DNA of 64,000 nt from positions 37,002 to 101,001 of the forward strand of contig DCHO01000010.1 of NCBI GenBank assembly GCA_002315655.1, read 5' to 3'. Each line of letters starts with the position of its first letter. The stretch's first letter is position 1. The DNA is from Christensenella sp. UBA1750. GTDB taxonomy: Bacteria; Bacillota; Clostridia; Christensenellales; UBA1750. The notes beneath the pieces are model-generated. The model made no database searches. It was not told the DNA's origin and worked only from the letters and a program-made list of their open reading frames with translations. The position numbers and the translations under genes are program-made. Shown here in pieces: positions 1-10,571 of this stretch.

Positions 1-967
1 CGTCCATCGTCCAGCCGCCAAAGGCCACCACATCGGGGAATTTCCCGCCGTCGCGGACTTCGTTCTGGGTCATAATGTGGTCACCAACATACCGCCGGCT
101 TTCGCGCTTTCCGGGCAGAATCCCCATCCAGTCCAGCCGCCAGTTGGCGTTCTTCTCTTTATTCTCCGGGTCATTTTTGATGAAGTCCCAAATTCCGTAG
201 GCGACCTTCAGCAGCTCGTCCCGGATTTCCTCGGCATCGGAAATGGTGTCCTTCGTGCCGCCCAGCTCCATGTACCAGTAGTTTTCCGTCTCGCAGCTCA
301 TATCGGGCAGACGGTAGGGCAGGTCTTCCTTGGTGTAGTGGTTCGCCCAAGTCGGGGCAATGAAGGTCGAGGGCTTTATCTCCTGCCGCGCCTGAATGAG
401 ACAGGAATTGCCCATGGTCTTTCTGTCGGCTTCGATTGGCGCAATGTCCTCGTCAAATTCCTCGCGGCTCTCTCTGCCGACCCGATATTCCGCGCCCGTC
501 AGCGGAGCCAGCACGGAATCACCGGAGCAATCCGCGAAACATTTCGCCCTGACGATGTGCTTTTGCTGGGTGGTCATCTGCCAGCCGGTGACGGAAACGA
601 TGGTGTCGCCCTCCATCTGCGCATCCATGCAGGAGCAGTTGAGAAGCAGGGTTAGCCCTTCCTGAAACTTTGCTTTTTCGTATAAAATCCCGTCCCAGAT
701 GGAATAATTCTTGTCCGGGTTGCGGTACATATTGTCCATGGCGATCTCTTCCAGCAGCCCGGTTTCGCGGTTGTTGTCGCCGTGTGCGCCGCAGACCCAC
801 ATCCGAATCTCGGACGAGCAGTTTCCGCCCAGCATGGGTCTATCCTGCATCAGCAGCACCTTTGCCCCGTGCCGCGCTGCGGAGATGGCAGCGAACATTC
901 CCGCCAGACCGCCGCCGACCACGCAAAAGTCGACCTCATGGGTGATGGTTTTGAAAACATTACTCAT
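1..967 (-). CDS. FAD-dependent oxidoreductase, N-terminal ~322 codons (3' end lies beyond the left edge)
   Basis: Own translation of the minus strand from ATG at 965-967: MSNVFKTITHEVDFCVVGGGLAGMFAAISAARHGAKVLLMQDRPMLGGNCSSEIRMWVCGAHG... The GGGLAG dinucleotide-binding motif is present. The stretches I translated (1-85 and 661-967) contain no stop; the middle was not checked by eye. Absent from the ORF track because no stop lies in the window. Plus-strand ORFs here are antisense shadows. Confidence 0.75.
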   Translation of the reverse strand, partial: MSNVFKTITHEVDFCVVGGGLAGMFAAISAARHGAKVLLMQDRPMLGGNCSSEIRMWVCGAHGDNNRETGLLEEIAMDNMYRNPDKNYSIWDGILYEKAKFQEGLTLLLNCSCMDAQMEGDTIVSVTGWQMTTQQKHIVRAKCFADCSGDSVLAPLTGAEYRVGRESREEFDEDIAPIEADRKTMGNSCLIQARQEIKPSTFIAPTWANHYTKEDLPYRLPDMSCETENYWYMELGGTKDTISDAEEIRDELLKVAYGIWDFIKNDPENKEKNANWRLDWMGILPGKRESRRYVGDHIMTQNEVRDGGKFPDVVAFGGWTMD

Positions 968-1026
968 TGCAATACCTCAAAAAGGGCAATCACAAAGACT
1001 GCCCTTTTATCAATTCTATTTAAGCC

Positions 1027-2184
1027 TTAGTAGGAACCCTCGGTGTTGAAGGTCACATTGGATTCCTTCTTGGCGCGGGAGGTGGCGCGGCGCTTGTTGA
1101 GCTCTGCTAAGTAGAGTTCCTCATCGAAGGGCACATCCACGGTCTTGTCCAGCCAGGAGGACAGGTGCATGGCGTTGGAGAGGGTCAGGCCGTTGATGCC
1201 TTCCTGTCCCTTGGCCACCAGCTTGTCGCCGCGCAGAATCGCGCCGGCAAAGGCGTTCACCACGTCGATGTGCTGCAGATTGCGTCCGTCGGTCTCCACC
1301 TTGATGACCTCGGTTTCGGGCTTGTCAAAGCCGCCCTGCGCGGTCTTGGAGAACTCGCGGTCGGAAACCTTGTTCTTGTAGAAGGTGATCTCGTTGAATT
1401 CGCAGACGACCTTGCCCAAGTCGCCGGAGATTTCCAGTCGGTTGGTGCCGGGAGCGTCGCCGGTGGTGGTGATGAACACGCCTGTTGCGCCGTTGGAATA
1501 TTCAAGGTAAGCTGTCACGTCGTCCTCGACCTCGATGTCATGCCACTTGCCCATGTGCAGGAATGCGCGAACGCGAGTGGGAACGCCGCACAGCCAGGTC
1601 ATAAGATCTAACTGGTGGGGGCACTGGTTCAGCAGCACGCCGCCGCCCTCGCCGTCCCATGTGGCGCGCCATGCGCCGGAATCATAGTAGGACTGGGTGC
1701 GATACCAGTCGGTGATGATCCAGTTGACGCGCTTGATCTCGCCCAGCTCGCCGTTATCAATCATTTCTTTGATCTTGCGGTACACGCAGTTGGTTCTTTG
1801 GTTGAACATCATACCGAAAACCAACTCGGGATGCTTGTCCGCTTCGGCGTTCATTTCCTTGACCTGCTTGGTGTAGACACCGGCGGGCTTTTCGCACATG
1901 ACGTGGAGGCCATGCTTGAAGCCTTCGATGGCCAAACCGGGATGCTGATAGTGCGGAACGGCGATGAGGATGGCGTCCACAAGGCCGGAATTGATGAGGT
2001 CGATGCCCTCATTGAAGATGGTGACGGAATCCCCTAAGTTCTCCTTGACCCAGACTCTTCTTTCCTCGCGGCGATCCGCCACGGCGGTGATCTCGATCTC
2101 GGGCAGAGTGCCCTTCACATAGTTGCCGATATGACCCGAGCCCATGTTGCCCGCGCCGATGATGCCCAAACGTACCTTTGCCAT
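1027..2184 (-). CDS. Gfo/Idh/MocA family NAD(P)-dependent oxidoreductase
   Basis: 385-aa ORF. N-terminal Rossmann motif MAKVRLGIIGAGNMGSGH and family EKP motif (HVMCEKPAG). Confidence 0.85.
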   Translation of the reverse strand: MAKVRLGIIGAGNMGSGHIGNYVKGTLPEIEITAVADRREERRVWVKENLGDSVTIFNEGIDLINSGLVDAILIAVPHYQHPGLAIEGFKHGLHVMCEKPAGVYTKQVKEMNAEADKHPELVFGMMFNQRTNCVYRKIKEMIDNGELGEIKRVNWIITDWYRTQSYYDSGAWRATWDGEGGGVLLNQCPHQLDLMTWLCGVPTRVRAFLHMGKWHDIEVEDDVTAYLEYSNGATGVFITTTGDAPGTNRLEISGDLGKVVCEFNEITFYKNKVSDREFSKTAQGGFDKPETEVIKVETDGRNLQHIDVVNAFAGAILRGDKLVAKGQEGINGLTLSNAMHLSSWLDKTVDVPFDEELYLAELNKRRATSRAKKESNVTFNTEGSY

Positions 2185-2249
2185 TTTGTTTGTTCTCCTT
2201 CCGAGTAATCGTTGTGTATAGTATAGTCCTTATGGACGTGTTTCGTCAA

Positions 2250-5000
2250 CTAAAAGGCGATGCGTAATTGGTAGGTCTTGCCGTTCTTTACAGGAATGGC
2301 ATTTAAGTCAGCCGCTTCTCCCTTTTCTTCGTGGATGGTGCAGAAATTCGCTTTCTTTGCGTCAAACATGGACTTGAAGGCGGCAATACCGTCTTCCACC
2401 GCGAAGAAATGCACGATTAAGTCATTGGAATCGTCCTCCGCCAGCTTTACGGCGGAAACAACCGCACCCTTGACCTCCATGAGCTGTCCCTTGGCGGGAA
2501 GCTTGCCGGAAGTCTTGCCAACGGTGATGGGCAGCAGCGCATGGCAGAAGGTGTCGGCTTCCTTTTCGTAGTTGTCCTCTACCAGACCCACGCCGATCTG
2601 CACCTTATGGTCGTAGATTTCGGGGGTGGTGTCGGGATTATAGGAGGAACGGATCAGGGTCAGAGAGAACTCGCCCTGCCAGTTGCGGAATCCGTACTTG
2701 GAATCGGACACAAGCATGACCTTGGAGCCGTTAACGGGTGCAACGCCGTAAACCAGGGCGGGCACATCGTCATTGACCTGCTTTCTGTCAATGCGCCCGT
2801 TCATCACGGAGAAGGTGGCCTCCTCTGCTTCCTCAATCAGCGGGATGCAATATTGCAGCTGCGGGATGCCGTAGCCCGCAGAGCCGATTTCGCGCCACTC
2901 ACAGTTCATGTCGATGCGCAGCAGTCTGTCGTTCTTGCCCAGAGAAACATTGACTTTGAGCAGAGAATGTTCAACCTTGACGCGGTAGGAGAAGCCGTCG
3001 CGCAGCTCACCGTGAGAGATCATGAACATTCCCTCTCTGGTGTCCGCGATCATTCCCGCGCCCTCCACGATGGGCACAATCTTGCCGTAACGCCCCACGA
3101 CCCAGGCGGTCATACCCTTGGAATCGTCCTCCAGAATGTAGCGGAAGCAGGCCTTGTCATAGAGCAGCTCACTTCCGGTCTTTTTGTCAATCAGGCTGAA
3201 CAGAGCAAAGTCGTCCGGGTCAAACTCGGCGCGCAGATAATCATTTTCCAGCACGATGGCGGGGTCTTCATTGACGCGGGAGGAGCCGAAATCGGGAATC
3301 TCGATGTAATCCTCGGACGGCGTAACCTTGACATTGCGATAGCCGAAGCCCGGCACGGTGACATCCACCAGCAGACGGAAATACTCATGTCCCCAGTAGA
3401 ACTGCTTCTGCCCGTCAAGAAGCTGATAGGCGACCTTGTTCCCTTCCTCGTCGGTGACTTCGATCTGCTTCATGTTACCGTTCCAGTCCCAGACGGTAAG
3501 CTCCGCTAAGTCGCTTCTCTCATACTGCGTGGGGTTGAAGATGGCATACAGGCGGTTAAGGCCACGGTTGGTTCCGACAGGCGTTACCGCAAAGGTCTCC
3601 ACACCAAAGCCCACACCCGCACCCTCGGAGATGCAGTCGCGCTCGTCCTCATCGGGCACCATGGAAGCGTTGTTCATGTTGGCGGCGATGGCACGCAGAG
3701 CACGCATTTTGCTCTGGGAGGCGGTGGCGACAGCCTGCTGGAACTGTCCCATGGCATATTCGCGGGTGCCGGTCACGCCGGAGCCGGGCAGAATGTCGTG
3801 GAAGTGGTTAAACAGCACCTTTTCCCACGCTTCCTCAAACTTCTTTCTGGGATACGGCAGCCCGGTGAGCAGGGTTGCGGCAGAAGCTAAGGCTTCGCTT
3901 TCAAACATGGCGGCTTCGCCGATGCGGTTGCCCTGCTTGATGCGGGTCTCGGTAGTGTAGCAGCCGGTGAAGATGTAGTTCAGCTCGCCCTTCACTTCGG
4001 GCAGCTTGGCCTGTTCTGCGGCCTTGTAGAACTCCTTATAGGTGCCAAAGCCCACGGAGGGGAAGATCGGCCATGTGTCCATGTCAAGAAGCCGCTCCAA
4101 GTCTCTGCGGGTGGCTCCGCCGCCATGGTCGCCCACGCCGAACAGGTGCAAAATCTGATTCATGCCGTACTTGGCGCAGAAGGAGGGGACATGGGCAAAG
4201 GAGCGGAAGTTGATGGTCTCGTTGTACCAGGTGGGCTCGCGGAAGGTCACAACGGACGCGCCGGTGGGGCCGACCCAGCGGTAAAGGATTTCCCCGTTGT
4301 AGCCGCGGCAGTGGTAGTAATACTTGATGCCGCCGTTGTTCAGCACTTCGGGAACGTTGATGTTGTGACCGAAGGTGTCCGGCTCAAAGTCCAGCACGAA
4401 ATCTTCCGGCTTCAGGTCAAGAAGATCGGTCAGGTATTCTCTGGTGTAGAGCAGATGGCGGGATAAGGATTCGCCGGAAATCATGTTCTTGTCGGCCTCG
4501 ACCCAAGTGGAGGCGGTCACTTCCCAGCGGCCTTCCTTCACATACTTCTTGATCTCGGGCAGCAGCTCGGGAGCGTACTCCTCCACGATCTTGTAGCAGG
4601 AGGCCTGGGACTGACCGAAGGTGAAGGTGGGGTATTCCTTCAAAAGCATGAGCATGGTGCGGAAAGTCTCGATGGTGATGGAGACCGTCTCGTCAAAGCG
4701 CCACATCCAGTTCATGTCGATGTGCGCGTGTCCGATGGCCTTGATGTGCGTTTCCTTGAGCTCCTTGGAGGCGGGCATCAGAATGCCTTCCACTTCCTTG
4801 GCGTTCAGCGCATTGAAGCCCTGATCGCGGTCAAACAGCTCTTTGGCCTTGGCAACGGCTTTGTCCAGCAGTTCTTCGTACTGCGGACGGGAATTGACGC
4901 GGCAGAACTCTTCCAGATACTCGATCTGCCCGTAGAGGCGCTCGCCCCAGTAGCCGGTCATTTTGTCCCGGATGAGACCGAAGGTTTGGATTCTTTTCAT
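2250..5000 (-). CDS. Glycoside hydrolase family 38 alpha-mannosidase
   Basis: 916-aa ORF. The GHAHIDMNWMW metal-site motif about 90 aa from the N-terminus, and the length and layout, are typical of cytoplasmic GH38 enzymes. Confidence 0.85.
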   Translation of the reverse strand: MKRIQTFGLIRDKMTGYWGERLYGQIEYLEEFCRVNSRPQYEELLDKAVAKAKELFDRDQGFNALNAKEVEGILMPASKELKETHIKAIGHAHIDMNWMWRFDETVSITIETFRTMLMLLKEYPTFTFGQSQASCYKIVEEYAPELLPEIKKYVKEGRWEVTASTWVEADKNMISGESLSRHLLYTREYLTDLLDLKPEDFVLDFEPDTFGHNINVPEVLNNGGIKYYYHCRGYNGEILYRWVGPTGASVVTFREPTWYNETINFRSFAHVPSFCAKYGMNQILHLFGVGDHGGGATRRDLERLLDMDTWPIFPSVGFGTYKEFYKAAEQAKLPEVKGELNYIFTGCYTTETRIKQGNRIGEAAMFESEALASAATLLTGLPYPRKKFEEAWEKVLFNHFHDILPGSGVTGTREYAMGQFQQAVATASQSKMRALRAIAANMNNASMVPDEDERDCISEGAGVGFGVETFAVTPVGTNRGLNRLYAIFNPTQYERSDLAELTVWDWNGNMKQIEVTDEEGNKVAYQLLDGQKQFYWGHEYFRLLVDVTVPGFGYRNVKVTPSEDYIEIPDFGSSRVNEDPAIVLENDYLRAEFDPDDFALFSLIDKKTGSELLYDKACFRYILEDDSKGMTAWVVGRYGKIVPIVEGAGMIADTREGMFMISHGELRDGFSYRVKVEHSLLKVNVSLGKNDRLLRIDMNCEWREIGSAGYGIPQLQYCIPLIEEAEEATFSVMNGRIDRKQVNDDVPALVYGVAPVNGSKVMLVSDSKYGFRNWQGEFSLTLIRSSYNPDTTPEIYDHKVQIGVGLVEDNYEKEADTFCHALLPITVGKTSGKLPAKGQLMEVKGAVVSAVKLAEDDSNDLIVHFFAVEDGIAAFKSMFDAKKANFCTIHEEKGEAADLNAIPVKNGKTYQLRIAF

Positions 5001-5018
5001 CTTTCGTACTCCTTACAT

Positions 5019-6107
5019 TTATTTTGTTAAGTAGCCTTTCAGCCAGGCTACGGATTCACGGTTTTTGTAGTCGTCCTTGAGCCAGCGGACGGTGGGCTGA
5101 TAATCGGGGTTGCCTTCCAGTGCGGCAAGCATCTTTTCCGCCTCGCTGCGAAGCAAGACCGTGTTGACCGCTTTCGGCATTTCCCCTGCAAACTCCGCGT
5201 AATTGTTCCAAACGATGTTGCGAACGGCTTCCTCGGGCAGATGCAGTCCTTTGATGATGGGATGCGCAAAGGCCGGCATGGGGAACTCGGTTTCATCGTG
5301 GGTCAGCGCGGTTTTGACCAGCAGATGCAGTTTGTCGTTGTCGGACTTGTAATTATTGGAATCGGTGCCGAACAGGATGCGGTGCTGATATTCCATGAAG
5401 AAATTGTGCCAGTCGGAAATGCGCTTGGAGAAGCCTATATACATTTCCCAACCGGGCGTTAAGTCAAACAGCACATTGGGATAGGTGTCCATGACCTCCT
5501 TGGCAAATTCCAAGTGGTTGCTCTGGAAAAAGAAATGGGCGAAGGTCACGCGGAGCTTGGGGTACTTTTCCACCACATCCAGGGCTTCCTGCATAATTGC
5601 TTCTTTGGTGGGATAAGTGCCGTCACCGTAGAACCAGCCGCGCTTCTTTTCTTCCTCGGACATTTCTCTCTCTTCCCAGAAGGTTTCCGGGTCGGCCACA
5701 TGGAAGGTGCAAGGCACATCGTTTGCCTGCAAATAGGCAAACAGCTCGGCATAATAGGGATTGTTCAGCCCGAAGCCCTTGACCTTGCGCATGAGCGGGT
5801 CTTCCTCCATGAACTTCATGCCGTCACAGCCCAAGGCAAGCAGGGTCTTTGCCTGTTCCACAGGGGAAATGTGCTCAAGCTGCCCGAAATCGTGCAGCGC
5901 ACCGAACACGCGCAGATGGATTTTTTCATAGCGGTTCTTCAAGTCCAGCAGACGCAGGTTATAGGCCTCCCCGCGATAAGGCAGGGAATGAACGGTGCAG
6001 TCCGTAACGCCTAAATCCGCCATCTGATTTAGAAGAAACTGCGATTTTTCCTCGCTGGTCAGCGTCAGATGAATGTGGCTGTCCGCAAAGCGTTCCATAT
6101 CTTTCAC
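5019..6107 (-). CDS. Amidohydrolase-family metal-dependent hydrolase
   Basis: 362-aa ORF. N-terminal ADSHIHLT (HxH metal motif). Substrate cannot be assigned. Confidence 0.55.
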   Translation of the reverse strand: MKDMERFADSHIHLTLTSEEKSQFLLNQMADLGVTDCTVHSLPYRGEAYNLRLLDLKNRYEKIHLRVFGALHDFGQLEHISPVEQAKTLLALGCDGMKFMEEDPLMRKVKGFGLNNPYYAELFAYLQANDVPCTFHVADPETFWEEREMSEEEKKRGWFYGDGTYPTKEAIMQEALDVVEKYPKLRVTFAHFFFQSNHLEFAKEVMDTYPNVLFDLTPGWEMYIGFSKRISDWHNFFMEYQHRILFGTDSNNYKSDNDKLHLLVKTALTHDETEFPMPAFAHPIIKGLHLPEEAVRNIVWNNYAEFAGEMPKAVNTVLLRSEAEKMLAALEGNPDYQPTVRWLKDDYKNRESVAWLKGYLTK

Positions 6108-6110
6108 CCC

Positions 6111-7265
6111 TTACGGCATGATATTGATGATTTCAATGCCCTCAATGGCGCGCTGCACAAGCCCGTCGCCGTCGATGAGCTTCTCGGACTCTAAAAGGGT
6201 CTCAACCTTGGGCTTTGTCTGGGGGTGCTTGGGCGTGAAGATGGTGCAACAGTCCTCATAGGGCAAAATGGAGGTTTCATAAGTGCCGATCTTGACAGCT
6301 ACGTCCATGATGTCGCTCTTGTCAAAGCCGATAAGCGGGCGGAACACGGGCATATCGCACACGGCATTGGAGCACACCAGCCCGTCCATGGTCTGGGACG
6401 CCACCTGACCGATGGATTCCCCGGTGATGAGGGCGGAGCAGTTCGCCTTTTTCGCTACCTCGTTGGCAATGCGCATCATGTAGCGGCGCATGAGAATGGT
6501 GAGCTGCGAATCGGGGCATTTTTCATAGAGTTCCTGCTGTAATTCGGTAAAGGGCACCACATACAGGCGGATGGGGCCGGCGTATTCGGCAAGCATACGG
6601 GCTAAATCCACGACCTTCTGCTTGGCCTGCTCAGAGGTGAAGGGGAAGGAATGATAGTGGATGGCGTTGAGCTGCACACCGCGCTTGGCGATCATGTAGC
6701 CCGCAACAGGGGAATCAATGCCGCCGGAGAGCAGCAGCATGGCTTTTCCGTTGGTGCCAACGGGCATTCCGCCCACAGCGGGAATCTTTTCGACATAAAG
6801 ATAAACATTCTCGCGCACTTCCACATTCAGTTCGTGGTCAGGAGAATGCACATCCACCTTCATCTGCGGGCAATGCACAAGAACTTCGTGCCCGATCTCC
6901 TCGTTTAGCATGGTGGAGTTCATGGGGAACCGCTTGTCCGCTCTGCGGGCAATGACCTTGAAGGTGCCCGTCATGGGGGTCATCATCTCAATGGCGGTGT
7001 CGTAGATCGCCTGCACGTCCTTTTCGCACTGGACGACAGGAGAGACCGAGTGCACGCCGAAGACCTTGGTGACCTTGGCAATGATCTCGTCCATATCTTG
7101 GATGTTGCGCACGAACATACGCCCCTGGTTGACTTCCAGCGTGGCACCCGTGTTTTCAATGGCCTTTTTGATGCGCCGCGCCAGCGCTTTTACAAAGAAA
7201 TTGCGGTTTTCACCCTTCAGCCAGATTTCGCCGATGCGAACCAGCAGCACGTTTTTGATGCTCAT
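6111..7265 (-). CDS. thiI: tRNA uracil 4-sulfurtransferase ThiI
   Basis: 384-aa ORF. N-terminal LVRIGEIWLKGENRNFF (THUMP-type start) and PP-loop LLLSGGIDSPVAGYM. Sits directly downstream of a cysteine desulfurase. Confidence 0.9.
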   Translation of the reverse strand: MSIKNVLLVRIGEIWLKGENRNFFVKALARRIKKAIENTGATLEVNQGRMFVRNIQDMDEIIAKVTKVFGVHSVSPVVQCEKDVQAIYDTAIEMMTPMTGTFKVIARRADKRFPMNSTMLNEEIGHEVLVHCPQMKVDVHSPDHELNVEVRENVYLYVEKIPAVGGMPVGTNGKAMLLLSGGIDSPVAGYMIAKRGVQLNAIHYHSFPFTSEQAKQKVVDLARMLAEYAGPIRLYVVPFTELQQELYEKCPDSQLTILMRRYMMRIANEVAKKANCSALITGESIGQVASQTMDGLVCSNAVCDMPVFRPLIGFDKSDIMDVAVKIGTYETSILPYEDCCTIFTPKHPQTKPKVETLLESEKLIDGDGLVQRAIEGIEIINIMP

Positions 7266-7269
7266 TCCC

Positions 7270-8445
7270 TTATCTCCTCACGAATTTCTTCAATACTTCG
7301 ACATTTTCTTTTGCAATGCGCACGACCTCCCGCATTTCCTCCACGGTGTTGTCCGGGCAGAGGGAGAAGCGCAGTGCGCCGTCAATTTCCGAATCGGAAA
7401 TGCCCATGGCGGTCAGCACATGGGAGGCGGACTTTTTGTGGCTGGCACAGGCAGAGCCCGTGGAACACATGACCCCCTTGCCCTCCAAAGCGTGCAGCAG
7501 CACTTCGCCCTTGACAGGGAAGGTGACATTTAGAATGTGCGGTGCGCCGGGGATTTCGCCGTTTATGATGATTTCGGGAATGGCTTCTTTCAGCCCATCC
7601 CGCAGAGCGATCTTACATTCCATCATGTGTTCATACGGATTTTCGCGCTTCTGATACGCCTTCACCGCCGCGCCAAGTCCCGCGATGCCGGGGACATTTT
7701 CCGTGCCGTTGCGCAGACCGTATTCCTGCCCGCCGCCGAAATTGATGTTGGAAACGCGGACAGTTTTGCCCATGACCAGCGCGCCGATGCCCTTTGGGCC
7801 ATGAATTTTGTGCCCGGATAAGGAATACAGATCAACGCCTTCCTTTTTCATGTTGAGCGGAACGCGCAAAAAGCCCTGCACGCCGTCTACATGGATTAAG
7901 GTCTTGGGATTCTTCTCCTTGACCCGGCGTGAGATTTCCGCAATGGGCATCACCGCGCCCACCTCGTTGTTCACCTGCATGACGGAGACCAGCGCGGTGT
8001 TCTCCTTCACGGCTGCAACCAGCTCGTCCACATTGACCACGCCGTATTTGTCCACGCCGATATAAGTTACTTCATGTCCCAGCCGTTCCAGCTCCGCGGC
8101 GGTTTCCAATATGGCGGGGTGCTCCACCTTTGTAGTGATGAAGTGCCCCTTGCCCCGAAGCAGCCTTGCGGTGCCAAGCAGGGCGATGTTATCCCCTTCC
8201 GTGCCGCCGGAGGTGAACAGCACATGAAGGTCGCTGCTGCCTAATGCCTTTGCGATAGCCTGTCGCGCATCCTCCATGATCTTCCCCGCCTGCATGGCCG
8301 GGGCATAAATGGCGGAGGGATTGAAAAAATCCTCCGAAAGTGTCCTGTTCATGGCCTCCACAGCTTCTTTGCAGGGCTTTGTGGTGGCCGAATTGTCCAG
8401 ATAGATCATTTGTAAGTCCTTCCCAAGCGTCATTTTGTGACGCAT
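7270..8445 (-). CDS. Cysteine desulfurase (NifS/IscS class V aminotransferase)
   Basis: Motifs: MIYLDNSATTKP start, PLP-lysine motif SLSGHKIHGPKG, catalytic Cys loop CSTGSACAS. The true start is probably the internal Met at 8409 (MIYLDNSATT) rather than 8445. Confidence 0.9.
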   Translation of the reverse strand: MRHKMTLGKDLQMIYLDNSATTKPCKEAVEAMNRTLSEDFFNPSAIYAPAMQAGKIMEDARQAIAKALGSSDLHVLFTSGGTEGDNIALLGTARLLRGKGHFITTKVEHPAILETAAELERLGHEVTYIGVDKYGVVNVDELVAAVKENTALVSVMQVNNEVGAVMPIAEISRRVKEKNPKTLIHVDGVQGFLRVPLNMKKEGVDLYSLSGHKIHGPKGIGALVMGKTVRVSNINFGGGQEYGLRNGTENVPGIAGLGAAVKAYQKRENPYEHMMECKIALRDGLKEAIPEIIINGEIPGAPHILNVTFPVKGEVLLHALEGKGVMCSTGSACASHKKSASHVLTAMGISDSEIDGALRFSLCPDNTVEEMREVVRIAKENVEVLKKFVRR

Positions 8446-8533
8446 AAAAATCCATGATTAGTATGCCACAAATTCTCCCAAAGGTCAATGCAAAACAAAG
8501 GGTTTCGTCACCCTTATTTCAGCTATCTTCCAC

Positions 8534-8561
8534 TTGACTTTTTCTTCCTATATGATAAACT
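8534..8561 (+). promoter_or_regulatory. Candidate sigma-A promoter for the lipoprotein gene pair
   Basis: TTGACT (8534-8539), 16-nt spacer, then TGaTAAACT extended -10 (8556-8561). RBS GAAAGGAAGG ends about 10 nt before the ATG at 8593. Confidence 0.4.
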
Positions 8562-8592
8562 AATGCTCGTTTGAAAGGAAGGTTAACCCCCT

Positions 8593-9369
8593 ATGAAAAA
8601 GTATCTTGTGTTCCTTCTTTCTCTGCTCCTGCTGCTTTCCGTCTGCGGATGTTCTTCTCCCGCAAACACGCTCCCGGAGTTGACCTCTGCTGCCGTCACT
8701 CCCGCGCCGACGCAGGAAGCGACGCAATCCCCCACGGAAGAACCAGCCCCTGAACCCACGGAAGCGCCCGCGCCTTATACCGTAGAAATTGTGCAGGGTA
8801 CCGACAAAAACGACGGCGCAATCACCGTTTCCTACCCTCAGATTTCCGGCTGGGGAAATACGGAAAGGCAAGAGAGATGGAACAAATGGTTTGCCTCTTT
8901 CGACTTTGACGAAAGCTCGGAAGAACATTCCTCCGAAGGGCTCGCGGGCTATGCGCTGGTTCCGGATATTTTGGAGCAGACGGACGAATCTTTCACCGTT
9001 CTTTTCACGGGATATGCAGACTATGAAGGCGCTGCGCATCCGTATGCCTTTGCTTACGGCATCACTGTTGACATGACCACAGGGGAACAGAACCCGCTGC
9101 CCGACACACAGATTCTTGCCGACGCGCTTTACAGCGGCAATTTTACGATCTTTTCGGGCGTTGAGGATGTGACCCTTGACGACATCTGCAACACCTGGGG
9201 AGAAAAAGCCACGCAGGAGGACATCACAAACGCGCTCCTGAGCTTAAATGACCCGCTGCTTTCCGACATTCCCGCTACCTGGTTTTATATTGACGGAAAG
9301 CCCTGCCTCATTTTCTCCGTGAATCACGCCCTTGGCGATTATGTGATTCTGCAAATCAATCTTGAATAA
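8593..9369 (+). CDS. Lipoprotein, DUF3298/DUF4163-like
   Basis: 258 aa. Signal peptide with lipobox (LLLLSVCGC), a Pro/Thr/Glu-rich linker, then a YPQISGW...GAAHPY motif resembling DUF3298. Family is from memory only. Confidence 0.6.
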   Translation: MKKYLVFLLSLLLLLSVCGCSSPANTLPELTSAAVTPAPTQEATQSPTEEPAPEPTEAPAPYTVEIVQGTDKNDGAITVSYPQISGWGNTERQERWNKWFASFDFDESSEEHSSEGLAGYALVPDILEQTDESFTVLFTGYADYEGAAHPYAFAYGITVDMTTGEQNPLPDTQILADALYSGNFTIFSGVEDVTLDDICNTWGEKATQEDITNALLSLNDPLLSDIPATWFYIDGKPCLIFSVNHALGDYVILQINLE

Positions 9370-9397
9370 AATTTGAATCAGAAAGGAACCTCTCAAA

Positions 9398-10552
9398 ATG
9401 AAGAAAATCGTTGCTCTCCTTCTTGCCGTCCTCATGCTCATGAGCGTGCTTTCCGGCTGCTCCATTGTGCAAAAGACCTCCGACAAATTCACGGTTGAAA
9501 GGGTTGCCAAGCACGGCAATCTCGTTCTGAAATCCGACATTGAGAAATTCGTTAGCCTGGGCTATGCCTGCGGAGATGTGATCAACGTCGAGATCAACGG
9601 CAAGACCTATGAAATGCCCGTGGGCGACTCTTATTCCGACGTCGATGTAGGCAAAATGATCTGCCGTCTCGACTATGATGATGACGAAGTGTCCATCGCC
9701 ATCAACCAGGATGATTTTGCCACCGTAAACGGTCTTGCCACCAAGGAAAGCATCGAAGAAGACCCCGGCTACAAGTGGACGTACAACGAGGGTGTGAAAA
9801 CGCCCATTAAGGTCTACATTTCCATGAAGGAAAAGGAAGGATACTTAAAGCAATACAACATCCGCTCTCTGGAACGCTCCAATGAGCGCGAAGACTATCC
9901 CGACCTCAGCGATGAGGATTTCGCCAACTTCCGCATGGTCAAAACGCAGTTCATGGCCGAAAATCTGATCTACCGTTCCTCCACTCCCATTGATGCTGAT
10001 CTTGGACGCAACGAATATGCTGACGCAGCCGCCAAGGCCGCCGGAGTCAAATATGTCATCAATATGCACAATGAGGAATCTGAGCTTTCCGATTACGAAT
10101 GGTTTGAGGACACCTACGTTTCCACCTGCGACATTCTCTGTGTCACCTGCGATTACGATTACCCCGGAGATGTGTTCAGGAATGCCATGAAGGAATCCAT
10201 GCAGTACATTCTAAACGCCGACGGGCCTGTGCTCATCCACTGCAAGGAAGGCAAGGACAGAACCGGCATCCTTTGCGCGTTGATCGAAGGTCTCTGCGGC
10301 GCATCCTATGACGACATTCGGGAAGATTACATCAAGACCTACGAAAACTTCTACGGCATTAACGAAAACGATGAAGTCTATGAGTTGATTCTCAAGGAAA
10401 ATCTCTTCAAGCCCCTGTGCAATATGCTGGAGATCACCGATCCTTCCGTTTATGATCTGCGCGAGGAGATCACTGCCTATCTGGTCGAAGCCGGAATGAC
10501 CGAAAGTGAAGTGCAGGCCTTGGAGACCAAGCTCAGTGTCCCGCTCGAATAA
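9398..10552 (+). CDS. Lipoprotein with C-terminal protein-tyrosine-phosphatase-like domain
   Basis: 384 aa. Lipobox VLSGC. CX5R phosphatase P-loop is LIHCKEGKDRTG. Confidence 0.7.
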   Translation: MKKIVALLLAVLMLMSVLSGCSIVQKTSDKFTVERVAKHGNLVLKSDIEKFVSLGYACGDVINVEINGKTYEMPVGDSYSDVDVGKMICRLDYDDDEVSIAINQDDFATVNGLATKESIEEDPGYKWTYNEGVKTPIKVYISMKEKEGYLKQYNIRSLERSNEREDYPDLSDEDFANFRMVKTQFMAENLIYRSSTPIDADLGRNEYADAAAKAAGVKYVINMHNEESELSDYEWFEDTYVSTCDILCVTCDYDYPGDVFRNAMKESMQYILNADGPVLIHCKEGKDRTGILCALIEGLCGASYDDIREDYIKTYENFYGINENDEVYELILKENLFKPLCNMLEITDPSVYDLREEITAYLVEAGMTESEVQALETKLSVPLE

Positions 10553-10571
10553 TTCATTTCTGTTAGTCAAA

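Noticed and set aside
77-1049. Several plus-strand ORFs of 82-192 aa at the left edge.
   Set aside because: They lie opposite the minus-strand FAD-oxidoreductase frame (GGGLAG motif, RBS-compatible start at 967). Their translations are Arg/Pro-rich shadows.
8499-8517. Small hairpin AAGGGT-TTCGTC-ACCCTT in the divergent region between the cysteine desulfurase and lipoprotein genes.
   Set aside because: The stem is only 6 bp, there is no U-tract, and it sits in a promoter region where no transcript needs terminating. That is too weak to call.
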